The translations under genes were made by a program, and so were the position numbers. The notes under the pieces are model-generated. The model was not told the origin of the DNA. It searched no databases and was given only the letters and a program-made list of their open reading frames with translations. DNA of 42,827 nucleotides from assembly GCA_018969935.1 (NCBI GenBank), contig JAGWXJ010000001.1:1-42827 (forward strand). The letters are read 5' to 3'. Numbering within the stretch: position 1 is the stretch's first letter; the number at the start of each line of letters is the position of its first letter. This document shows, piece by piece, positions 1 to 8,852 of the stretch. Source of the stretch: Alphaproteobacteria bacterium (lineage in GTDB: Bacteria > Pseudomonadota > Alphaproteobacteria > Micavibrionales > UBA1664).

Positions 1-23
1 GTCGCATTTATTTCATAAAAGAG

Positions 24-52
24 TTGACACTCAGGCCTTCCATTGATATTTT
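24..52 (+). promoter_or_regulatory. putative sigma70-type promoter (TTGACA, 17-nt spacer, TATTTT) upstream of small ORF 82..255
   Basis: TTGACA at 24..29 and TATTTT at 47..52, in AT-rich non-coding DNA. The -10 lies within the repeated 11-mer TATTTTCATAA. Confidence 0.3.
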
Positions 53-81
53 CATAATGTTATTAACGAACAGAGAGCACT

Positions 82-255
82 ATGACGATCGAAACTCCTC
101 AAAAAAATCCTAGTATTTTAGGTACCTACTCTGAGGCTGCAACCAAAGCAGATCCTATCCCAGTCACATCTCAAGCTGAGAGAGATGCAGCAAAAGAGAT
201 GAAAAAACGCGAAGAGGTACGCCGAAATTCGGGCCTTTCATACGTTGGCCTCTAG
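82..255 (+). CDS. small hypothetical protein (57 aa, below the ORF-track cutoff)
   Basis: Read by hand: ATG at 82, TAG at 253..255 (MTIETPQKNPSILGTYSEAATKADPIPVTSQAERDAAKEMKKREEVRRNSGLSYVGL). A strong hairpin terminator follows directly. No recognisable family. Confidence 0.3.
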   Translation: MTIETPQKNPSILGTYSEAATKADPIPVTSQAERDAAKEMKKREEVRRNSGLSYVGL

Positions 256-271
256 GACAACCCAGATATGC

Positions 272-301
272 AAAAAGCCGGGCTGGACCCGGCTTTTTTT
301 A
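272..301. terminator. rho-independent terminator, potentially bidirectional
   Basis: AAAAAGCCGGG-CTGGA-CCCGGCTTTTTTT: a 7-bp GC stem (275..281 with 287..293), an A-run upstream and a T-run downstream. Confidence 0.7.
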
Positions 302-384
302 TGCCTATCTTCGCAAGCGCACAAATAAAGTTGCACTATTTTCATAAAACATATACAAACGTGCAAATTTTTTAAGGATAAGTA

Positions 385-726
385 ATGACAACCTCATCAC
401 AGGCACTCCCTGCAGGCTACACATCGCGCAACAAACAGCGCCTTGCGGTAGCGATCGAGTTTGTCAAAAACGCCGATATCTCGCCCGAGTTGCGCCGTGC
501 CATCCTGGGCAACAAAAAACGCTCGGAATCCCGCGCAACGCTCAAGCTGTACTTTGCCCTGAATGCAAAGCGCTTCCCTGTATCCGAAGCCACGGCAGCC
601 ATTCGTGCCGAGCAGGATAAACTGCGCGCCGCCCTTAAAAAGAAGCAGGCCGAAGAACGCCAAAAGCTCCATAAAGCGCGCGTAAGGGCCAGTGCCAAAC
701 GCAAGCGCCAGTTTGTTGCAGCCTAA
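385..726 (+). CDS. hypothetical small basic protein (113 aa)
   Basis: ATG at 385 with AAGGA 6 nt upstream. Lys/Arg-rich C-terminal tail (KKKQAEERQKLHKARVRASAKRKRQ). No family recognised. Confidence 0.55.
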   Translation: MTTSSQALPAGYTSRNKQRLAVAIEFVKNADISPELRRAILGNKKRSESRATLKLYFALNAKRFPVSEATAAIRAEQDKLRAALKKKQAEERQKLHKARVRASAKRKRQFVAA

Positions 727-801
727 AAAGCCCCTACAAAAAAACCTACAAAAAACATAATTCTCCACTACATTGGTCAGCGTAGAAGGAGGCTTTTGCC
801 C

Positions 802-1503
802 ATGTCAGCCGCTAAAATCGTACTCGTCGATGACGACAGGAACATCCTTACATCCGTCACCATGGCACTGGAGGCCGAGGGTTTTGACGTCAAAACCTAC
901 AACGACGGCGAAGCCGGCCTGAAAGGCCTGCAGGCCCAACCTGCTGACCTCGCTGTACTGGATATCAAAATGCCCCGCATGGACGGTATGGAAGTGCTGA
1001 CCAAGCTGCGTGAAACCAGCCACATGCCCGTTATCTTCCTGACTTCGAAGGATGACGAGATTGACCAGCTTCTAGGCCTCAAAATGGGCGCCGATGACTA
1101 CATCACAAAACCGTTCTCGCAACGTTTGCTGATTGAACGCATTCGCGCCATCCTTCGCCGCGAAACACTACGCAACCAGCCCGCATCGGCTGGTGACGCC
1201 ACAAAAATCATGAAGCGCGGCGAATTGCTGCTGGATGACGAACGCCACCTCTGCACATGGAAAGCGCAGGAAGTGCCGCTGACAGTCACGGAATACCTGC
1301 TTGTAAAAGCACTGGCATCGCGCCCCGGCCACGTTAAAAACCGTGACGCCCTGATGGATCAGGCCTACGGCGAAACCATTTATGTGGATGACCGCACCAT
1401 CGACAGCCACGTCAAACGCATCCGCAAAAAATTCAAGGTCATCGATGACGATTTCAACCACATCGAAACCGTCTACGGCGTCGGCTACCGTTACAAGGAA
1501 TAG
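802..1503 (+). CDS. chvI: OmpR-family response regulator ChvI
   Basis: Receiver motifs: [41 protein letters not shown]-terminal winged helix: [12 protein letters not shown]...[15 protein letters not shown]...YGVGYRY. GGAGG lies 9 nt before the ATG at 802. The track start at 796 is a TTG too close to the RBS. Confidence 0.9.
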   Translation: MSAAKIVLVDDDRNILTSVTMALEAEGFDVKTYNDGEAGLKGLQAQPADLAVLDIKMPRMDGMEVLTKLRETSHMPVIFLTSKDDEIDQLLGLKMGADDYITKPFSQRLLIERIRAILRRETLRNQPASAGDATKIMKRGELLLDDERHLCTWKAQEVPLTVTEYLLVKALASRPGHVKNRDALMDQAYGETIYVDDRTIDSHVKRIRKKFKVIDDDFNHIETVYGVGYRYKE

Positions 1504-2498
1504 CGCTTCCAGCCGTTCACCACGTTATACTGCACATCGCTAGGCAACTCGTATATTGCGGGGCGTGCGCCAAACAGCGTCTGCGCGTAATTCGCACCTT
1601 CGAAGATAAGCGACCGCGTGAGTGATATTTCCTGCGGCGCTTCCATCTCGTGCGTGCGTATGAAGTTGACGGGATAACCGCCGTTCATAACCACCTGCCA
1701 CCCTATCTGCATATCCGAAAAACTGTGCGGGCGGCCCTTGATAAGCGTATTGAATTCAAAATCACCCGATGACCCGCTGGCAAGGTACCGCACTGAGCGG
1801 GCTTCGCCATTGCGCGGGCTTATATCCGCGCCCGTACAACCCAAGACCACACTGTGCTTCCATACATCGGCACAAGGCTCGGGGTATACGCGCACAACCG
1901 CATTGAAGCGGGCAACCAGCTTCTGCGCGCAGGCATAGCCAATGGCACCGGCACCCACAATGCCGACATTCTGTACTGCATCGCGCAAGGCCAGCGCATC
2001 GGCAATGGCACCTGCAATAAACGGTGCTTCATGCTCGCGTTTGGCTGCGCTACCGGCAACCGATACAACGGGGCAACTCAATTTTGATTTTTGCTTCAGT
2101 TTCAGAAGTCCGTTTGTCGTTTGCTCGACGGCAACAACAGGCACTGCCACGTGCGCGGGCATGGATGCAATAACATCGCCGCCATCATCAAGCACAACCA
2201 GCCTGTCGTAATCCCCGCTCTGGAGCCTGATAAAAACCTCCTGCCACAAATTGGCAACATCGCGCAGATGCGCTTCCTGATATCCGCCTGCAGATACAGG
2301 CACGCTCCCCCCGTGCGCCATCATGCCGCGGCTATGCATGGCCGCCACAACACCTTCCACGGTCGAATAGCATTTACCGATAAGCACCATGGATTTTGGA
2401 TCAATCCCCGTGGCTTCGAAGCGTTCAAGCAGCCCCAATGTGCTAGGGGTCAGATGCTGGCATCCGATAAGCAATGTTTTTGGGGTTTTTCTAAGCAT
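1491..2498 (-). CDS. divergent S-adenosylhomocysteine-hydrolase-fold / NAD-binding protein (function unknown)
   Basis: By-eye collinear similarity to the AhcY encoded at 6382..7704: [79 protein letters not shown]. The start is uncertain: ATG at 2498 or GTG at 2534. Confidence 0.7.
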   Translation of the reverse strand: MLRKTPKTLLIGCQHLTPSTLGLLERFEATGIDPKSMVLIGKCYSTVEGVVAAMHSRGMMAHGGSVPVSAGGYQEAHLRDVANLWQEVFIRLQSGDYDRLVVLDDGGDVIASMPAHVAVPVVAVEQTTNGLLKLKQKSKLSCPVVSVAGSAAKREHEAPFIAGAIADALALRDAVQNVGIVGAGAIGYACAQKLVARFNAVVRVYPEPCADVWKHSVVLGCTGADISPRNGEARSVRYLASGSSGDFEFNTLIKGRPHSFSDMQIGWQVVMNGGYPVNFIRTHEMEAPQEISLTRSLIFEGANYAQTLFGARPAIYELPSDVQYNVVNGWKRYSL

Positions 2499-2617
2499 GG
2501 ACCATACATAGGGTCCATAACCCCGAAACGCCACATTTTTATGGCCGCACGGGTGTCACAGGCAACGGCCTAAAAAAAGCCTGCATTTTCAGGGCATAAT
2601 CGGTTAAAAGGGGTCAA

Positions 2618-4339
2618 ATGCCGCTGCTATCGCAACCCAAACTCAAAAAGTTGATAAGGCTCGCCAGCATGCCTGCGCACCAGCGCTGGGTATCGCGCTT
2701 GTCCTTGCGCATTTTTGCAGTGAACGTGATGGCCCTTGTGGTGCTGGCCTTCGGGCTCCTTTACGTGAGCCGGTATCAACAGGAACTTGTGGCTGGCGAA
2801 CTGGATAGCCTTGAACGTCAGGCAACGATTTACGCAGGCGCGCTGGCCGAGGCCGCGCGCTATTCCTCCACCATCAAAACCCCGAACCCTGAGATGGGCG
2901 AGATGGTCAAAGACTCCCTCTCCCGCGAACGGACACGCAACATGGTCCGCCGCTTGGGGGAAACCACCATCAACCGTATCCGCGTTTACTCCGATGAAGG
3001 CCGCCTGATGGGCGATTCCGATGTGCTGGGCGGCGCGGGCGGCGTTATCCGCGTTGTACGCCTGCCTCCCATGAGCATCAGCCACGGCACCTTGTTTGGC
3101 GGCCGCACCTTGGCCGATATTGCAATCGATCTCTTGCCCTCGGGCGTCCGCCTCAAGGATTATCCGGGCGATGATAGCCGCAAGGCAAGCCGCCGCAGCG
3201 ACCGCTTCCCGGACGTAGTGGAATCCCTTGAAGGCCGCGTATCCTCGACCGCTTGGGTCAGCGGCCCGCACGGGCGCGATATCATTCTATCGGCAGCCGT
3301 TCCCATACAGCACCTCAAACAGGTCCTCGGCGTTGTCTACGTAACGCGTGACGGCACTTCGATTGCCGATGCCATCCGCCAAATGAAGCTCGATATCATC
3401 AAGCTGTTCATGGTTTCGCTCACGATTACATTCGTGCTCTCCATGTATCTTGCAGCCGGTATTGCAAAGCCGCTTAAGCGCCTTGCGCGCGCGGCCGATC
3501 AGGTCCGCCGCGGGCTATCACAGGCCGAAATTCCCGACCTCACGTCCCGCCGTGATGAAATCGGTGACTTGTCGGCATCCTTGCGCGAAATGACGGCTGC
3601 GCTCGCCGCCCGCCTTGACTCTATCGAGCGTTTTGCAGCCGATGTCGCACACGAACTTAAAAACCCGCTGACATCGCTGCGCAGCGCCTTCGAAACCGTA
3701 CAAATGGTGAAGGATGAAAAGGCAAAGGATAAACTGACCCGCATCATCCTGCATGACATGCAGCGCATGGACAGGTTGATCAGCGATATCTCCGCCGCCT
3801 CCCGCCTTGATGCCGAGCTGAGCCGCGAAAACATGGCACTGGTTGATTTGCGCCCGCTGCTTGGCAATCTGTGCAGCAGCTACGCATCCCCTCTCGACCG
3901 CGTATCGGAAGGCGCGGAAAGCAACGAACGCGTGATCCTGACCCTCCCCCCCGAAAACGAGATCCTGATTGTACAGGGGCTCGAGGGCAGGCTCGCGCAG
4001 GTGTTCCGTAACCTGATAGACAACGCGCTCTCGTTCTCGCCGCCCGATGCACCCGTGCGCGTCAGCACGGTACGCGACACGGCCAAGCGCCAGATAAAAG
4101 TACTGGTCGAAGACCGCGGCCCCGGCATCCCCGATGCGAAACTGGGCGCCATCTTCGAACGTTTCTATTCCGAAAGGCCGCAGGGCGAGGCCTTCGGCAA
4201 ACACTCTGGCTTGGGCCTTTCCATTGCCAAACAGATCGTGGACGCCCACAAGGGGAGCATCTATGCTGAAAACGTATCTGATGAAACAGGCGCCCGCCTC
4301 GGCGCCAGATTTACGGTGGCCCTGAATGCCCTCGGCTGA
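2618..4339 (+). CDS. chvG: sensor histidine kinase ChvG (ExoS/BvrS type)
   Basis: Two TM segments flank a periplasmic domain. HAMP region, H-box FAADVAHELKNPLTSL, N-box RNLIDNALSF, G-boxes EDRGPGIP and GLGLSIAKQIV. AAAGGGG RBS before the ATG at 2618. Confidence 0.9.
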   Translation: MPLLSQPKLKKLIRLASMPAHQRWVSRLSLRIFAVNVMALVVLAFGLLYVSRYQQELVAGELDSLERQATIYAGALAEAARYSSTIKTPNPEMGEMVKDSLSRERTRNMVRRLGETTINRIRVYSDEGRLMGDSDVLGGAGGVIRVVRLPPMSISHGTLFGGRTLADIAIDLLPSGVRLKDYPGDDSRKASRRSDRFPDVVESLEGRVSSTAWVSGPHGRDIILSAAVPIQHLKQVLGVVYVTRDGTSIADAIRQMKLDIIKLFMVSLTITFVLSMYLAAGIAKPLKRLARAADQVRRGLSQAEIPDLTSRRDEIGDLSASLREMTAALAARLDSIERFAADVAHELKNPLTSLRSAFETVQMVKDEKAKDKLTRIILHDMQRMDRLISDISAASRLDAELSRENMALVDLRPLLGNLCSSYASPLDRVSEGAESNERVILTLPPENEILIVQGLEGRLAQVFRNLIDNALSFSPPDAPVRVSTVRDTAKRQIKVLVEDRGPGIPDAKLGAIFERFYSERPQGEAFGKHSGLGLSIAKQIVDAHKGSIYAENVSDETGARLGARFTVALNALG

Positions 4340-5198
4340 AAAGCAGAAACGTAAAATAGTTATCCTGACCGGCCTTTCCGGCGCGGGCATGTCCTCTGCC
4401 CTAAAGATCATGGAAGATCTGGGCTACGAAATTTTCGATAACTTCCCTCTGCCCTTTATTGACGAACTGGTTTCACAAAAAGGCTACGGCGAAAACCCGT
4501 TAGCAATTGCTGTCGATACGCGCTCTCGCGGTTTTACGCCCGCGGACGTCATTACAAAAGTTGAAGAGCTGCAAAAACTAAAGGGCGCCGAAACCAAACT
4601 CGTCTTCATGACATGCAGCAATCTGGCCTTGCGCAAACGGTATTCCGAAACGCGGCGCAGCCACCCGCTGGCCAAGGACAGGCCCGCGCTGGACGGCATC
4701 AGGCAGGAACGCACATGGCTCAAACCGTTGATGGATAGCGCCGACCTGCTGATAGATACTTCTGAACTCTCGGTGCACGATTTGCGCAGACAGGTGGAAA
4801 GTTCTCTGCACCCCGACACACGCAAGCGTAAACTGACAATCACCATCATGTCTTTCGGTTTCAAAAACGGTGTGCCGCGCGAATCCGATACCGTGATTGA
4901 CGTCCGTTTTCTGGCCAACCCGCACTGGGATGATGCGTTGCGCCCCAAAACAGGCAAGGATAAAGCCGTACAGGCCTACATCGAAAAAGACCCCGATTTT
5001 AAAAAATTCATCGGCCATATTGAATCAATGATGAAGCTCCTGCTTCCGCGTTATGACGACGAGGGAAAATATTACTTCACGCTGGCATTCGGCTGCACCG
5101 GTGGGCGCCATCGCTCGGTCTACCTTGCTGAAAAGCTTTCAAAAACCATAGAAGGCTGGGGCTATAACGTTTCCACCCGCCACCGCGACCTCGATTAA
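4326..5198 (+). CDS. rapZ: RapZ/YhbJ-family P-loop nucleotide-binding protein (RNase adapter RapZ-like)
   Basis: Walker A LTGLSGAGMSSAL and the C-terminal signature GCTGGRHRSVYLAE. The start overlaps the chvG stop by 14 nt. Confidence 0.9.
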   Translation: MPSAEKQKRKIVILTGLSGAGMSSALKIMEDLGYEIFDNFPLPFIDELVSQKGYGENPLAIAVDTRSRGFTPADVITKVEELQKLKGAETKLVFMTCSNLALRKRYSETRRSHPLAKDRPALDGIRQERTWLKPLMDSADLLIDTSELSVHDLRRQVESSLHPDTRKRKLTITIMSFGFKNGVPRESDTVIDVRFLANPHWDDALRPKTGKDKAVQAYIEKDPDFKKFIGHIESMMKLLLPRYDDEGKYYFTLAFGCTGGRHRSVYLAEKLSKTIEGWGYNVSTRHRDLD

Positions 5199-5200
5199 TT

Positions 5201-5219
5201 ACATCAATCATATTGATGT
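5201..5219. promoter_or_regulatory. perfect 8-3-8 palindrome ACATCAAT-CAT-ATTGATGT (candidate operator)
   Basis: Read directly from the sequence. It lies in the 55-nt rapZ/GAF intergenic spacer. Confidence 0.35.
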
Positions 5220-5253
5220 TATTCTTTTGCCATCCTGGCACTATATTAATCGC

Positions 5254-5805
5254 ATGAATGAAATGCGCATCGCAGGCAATGATGGCTGGTATACATCCGC
5301 GCTCGAATACCTTGTGCGCGTTGCGCAGGATTTATGCGGCTGCCAGTCCATGGATGAAGTGACGGCGATTGTACGCAAAGCCGCACGTGAGCTTACAGGC
5401 GCTGACGGCGCAACCCTCATCCTCAAGGACAACGGCAACTGCTTCTACGTGGAAGAAAATGCCATTTCCCCCCTTTGGAAGGGCCAGCGTTTCCCGATGT
5501 CGAATTGCATCAGCGGCTGGGTCATGATGCACAAACAAACCTGTTTCATTGAAGATGTATCCGCCGACAGCCGCATCCCCTACGATCTCTACAGACCTAC
5601 CTTCGTAAAAAGCTTGCTGATGGTCCCTATCATGCCCGCAAGCCCCATAGGCGCCATCGGCAACTACTGGGCAACATCGCGTATGCCGCTCGCCAAGGAG
5701 ATCAAATTGCTGGAATCACTTGCCAATATCACCGCATACACAATTTTGCGCGTCCGTGGCAAAACGGACGCGCATGAAAATCTGGGTATGCTTGAATTGG
5801 CCTAA
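5254..5805 (+). CDS. stand-alone GAF-domain protein
   Basis: GAF-like pattern: DEVTAIVRKAARELTGADGATLIL...CISGWVMMHKQTCFIEDVSADSRIP...SLLMVPIM...IGAIGNYW. ATG at 5254; the track start at 5227 is a non-ATG codon. Confidence 0.8.
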   Translation: MNEMRIAGNDGWYTSALEYLVRVAQDLCGCQSMDEVTAIVRKAARELTGADGATLILKDNGNCFYVEENAISPLWKGQRFPMSNCISGWVMMHKQTCFIEDVSADSRIPYDLYRPTFVKSLLMVPIMPASPIGAIGNYWATSRMPLAKEIKLLESLANITAYTILRVRGKTDAHENLGMLELA

Positions 5806-5940
5806 AAACCGGCAGGGGCCGGCCCGCGCTGCGCTGGAGGCTTTAGCGGTTTTGTGTCGGTAGCACCCGCATCCGGCGCTGGCGATGCCCTCTTGAAACT
5901 CTGCGCACCGCACAGGCGGCTCAGTAACGGCAACTTGATA

Positions 5941-6285
5941 TTATGCTTCATCGCTGTACTCCAGTTCCATGCCAGGCAGCAGCGTAAACATCGCGCCCAC
6001 TTCCGTAACACCGTCTTCATCAGGCTTTTTGAATCTGAAGTTGAGGCCACCCGAGTGACGCTCGAAAAACATCTCGTGCGTACCGTTTTCCTGATACAGC
6101 GGCTCGTGGCCGTTCAGGATGGATGCAAAATTCTCGGCCAGCTTGCGCAAGTCGCAAGGAAGGTCGGCATCGCCGCGCATGAACCCGATAGGCAATAGCT
6201 CGCCATCCTGTTGCACGGCAATCTGGTACCCGCGGCACGCACCCGTGCGCACGTCAAAATCATGGGGTAGGGAAACAAAACTCAT
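5941..6285 (-). CDS. hypothetical protein (114 aa)
   Basis: Protein-like composition and AAGG about 9 nt upstream of the ATG. Divergent from ahcY. No motif recognised. The overlapping + strand ORF 5854..6198 looks like a shadow. Confidence 0.5.
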   Translation of the reverse strand: MSFVSLPHDFDVRTGACRGYQIAVQQDGELLPIGFMRGDADLPCDLRKLAENFASILNGHEPLYQENGTHEMFFERHSGGLNFRFKKPDEDGVTEVGAMFTLLPGMELEYSDEA

Positions 6286-6381
6286 ACAATTGGCCTTAAT
6301 CGTTTGATTTCGGGTTATTTTCCCTTTATTTCTACCAGCGAAACGTTAACTGCCCCTAAACATTAGGAGGCATTTTAGGAG

Positions 6382-7704
<1,323 letters not shown>

Positions 7705-7706
7705 TC

Positions 7707-7736
7707 AAAAAAGCCCGCTTGAAGCGGGCTTTTTTA
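7707..7736. terminator. bidirectional rho-independent terminator between ahcY and the AAA+ gene
   Basis: AAAAAAGCCCGC-TTGAA-GCGGGCTTTTTT, with an A-run on one side and a T-run on the other. Confidence 0.8.
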
Positions 7737-7740
7737 ATGC

Positions 7741-8619
7741 CTACTCAAACGCCCCGGCATGGATGCCCGTTTCAGCGGACATGATATAAAACACGGCGTC
7801 TTTAGATAGCGCGCCGCCGCGCCCTTTATCCAGCACATGCTTGGCGCACGCCCCGTCCATCACGATGATGGATTTATCGGGCTGGTTGCGCTTGCGCATA
7901 TGCTCGGACGTCAATTTGACAATCAACTTGCAGATATCATCCGATACTTGCACACCATGATGTGCTTCATACCCACTTCTGATGGCCTGCAAGATTGTAA
8001 CAGTGGCGTCATCATCGGGTATAGCCAGCTCAACTTTCTGAAAGCGACGGTCCATGGCAGGGTCCACGCCCACATAAATGCGGTATTCGTCCTTAGTGGT
8101 GGCACCGATGATATTGATATCACCAACCGTCAGGTACGGCTTCATCACCTCCGAGAGGCCCTTATACGCCGAACCTTCGCAGGAAGGCATAATCGTGTGT
8201 ATTTCATCTATGAATAATATGTATTTTGGACATTTTGGGTCGTGATATCGTTCGGCTATCCCCTTCACAAGCGGAATAAACCGCCCTTGGAATTCGGATA
8301 CACTGCCCGTACCGGCAGACATGGATGCAAGGTCGATTTCCAACACCCGTGCGTTCTTTAGGTAGTCAGGCACCGTGTCGGCAGCAATCTGTTGGGCTAG
8401 GCCAATCACCAAGGCCGTTTTACCGACACCCGCAGGCGCCTGCAGCATCACGTTCTTCCGCCCCTTCTGGAGGAGGATAAGAATAGCCTGCTCGATCTCC
8501 TTATCGCGGCCAGTAATGGGGTCAAACCGCTTTTCACGCGCCAAGGCCGTAAGGTCACGGCAATAGCTATGGATAAGGGCCTCTAACTCGGAATCGCTGA
8601 TTTTGTGCTCAATGGTCAT
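7741..8619 (-). CDS. stand-alone Clp/Hsp100 D1-type AAA+ ATPase (292 aa)
   Basis: Walker A APAGVGKT, Walker B ILFIDEIH, sensor-1 GATT, RRFQKV, QPDKSIIVMDGA. Collinear with ClpA D1 (30433..32733), but lacks the N-domain, D2 and the pore-loop Tyr. Confidence 0.85.
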   Translation of the reverse strand: MTIEHKISDSELEALIHSYCRDLTALAREKRFDPITGRDKEIEQAILILLQKGRKNVMLQAPAGVGKTALVIGLAQQIAADTVPDYLKNARVLEIDLASMSAGTGSVSEFQGRFIPLVKGIAERYHDPKCPKYILFIDEIHTIMPSCEGSAYKGLSEVMKPYLTVGDINIIGATTKDEYRIYVGVDPAMDRRFQKVELAIPDDDATVTILQAIRSGYEAHHGVQVSDDICKLIVKLTSEHMRKRNQPDKSIIVMDGACAKHVLDKGRGGALSKDAVFYIMSAETGIHAGAFE

Positions 8620-8793
8620 GGCCCTATTAGACCAATGATTCCGCCCCGCGTCACCAGCTCAAAAACACCTCCGGATTTGCGCAATTTTAAAGCTTTTCAG
8701 CAATAATCACGGCAGGAGCTGCCCTTGTTTGAGAGAAATTGAGATTATCCAAAGATATAACCTTGAAATAATATTATTAATTCACATAAAACA

Positions 8794-8823
8794 TTGACTG
8801 CCGTCTTTTCCGCAAACTAATAT
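8794..8823 (+). promoter_or_regulatory. putative sigma70-type promoter for the 746-aa ORF
   Basis: TTGACT (8794..8799), 18-nt spacer, TAATAT (8818..8823), about 30 nt upstream of the ATG at 8853. GAGGA RBS at 8843..8847. Confidence 0.4.
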
Positions 8824-8852
8824 ACGGAAAATTTTTAACGCTCGAGGACACC

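Noticed and set aside
3518-4411. 297-aa ORF antisense to chvG and rapZ
   Set aside because: It overlaps two confidently assigned genes and has no motifs. It is a shadow of GC-rich coding sequence.
6346-6360. TTAA-N7-TAAA, a near CtrA box, upstream of ahcY
   Set aside because: The second half-site is imperfect and lies in AT-rich DNA. Many such near-matches are expected by chance.
6286-6381. Possible SAH riboswitch in the ahcY leader
   Set aside because: SAH riboswitches are GC-rich pseudoknotted elements. This leader is AT-rich, and I cannot see the conserved helices. A covariance-model scan (Rfam SAH_riboswitch) would be the definitive check.
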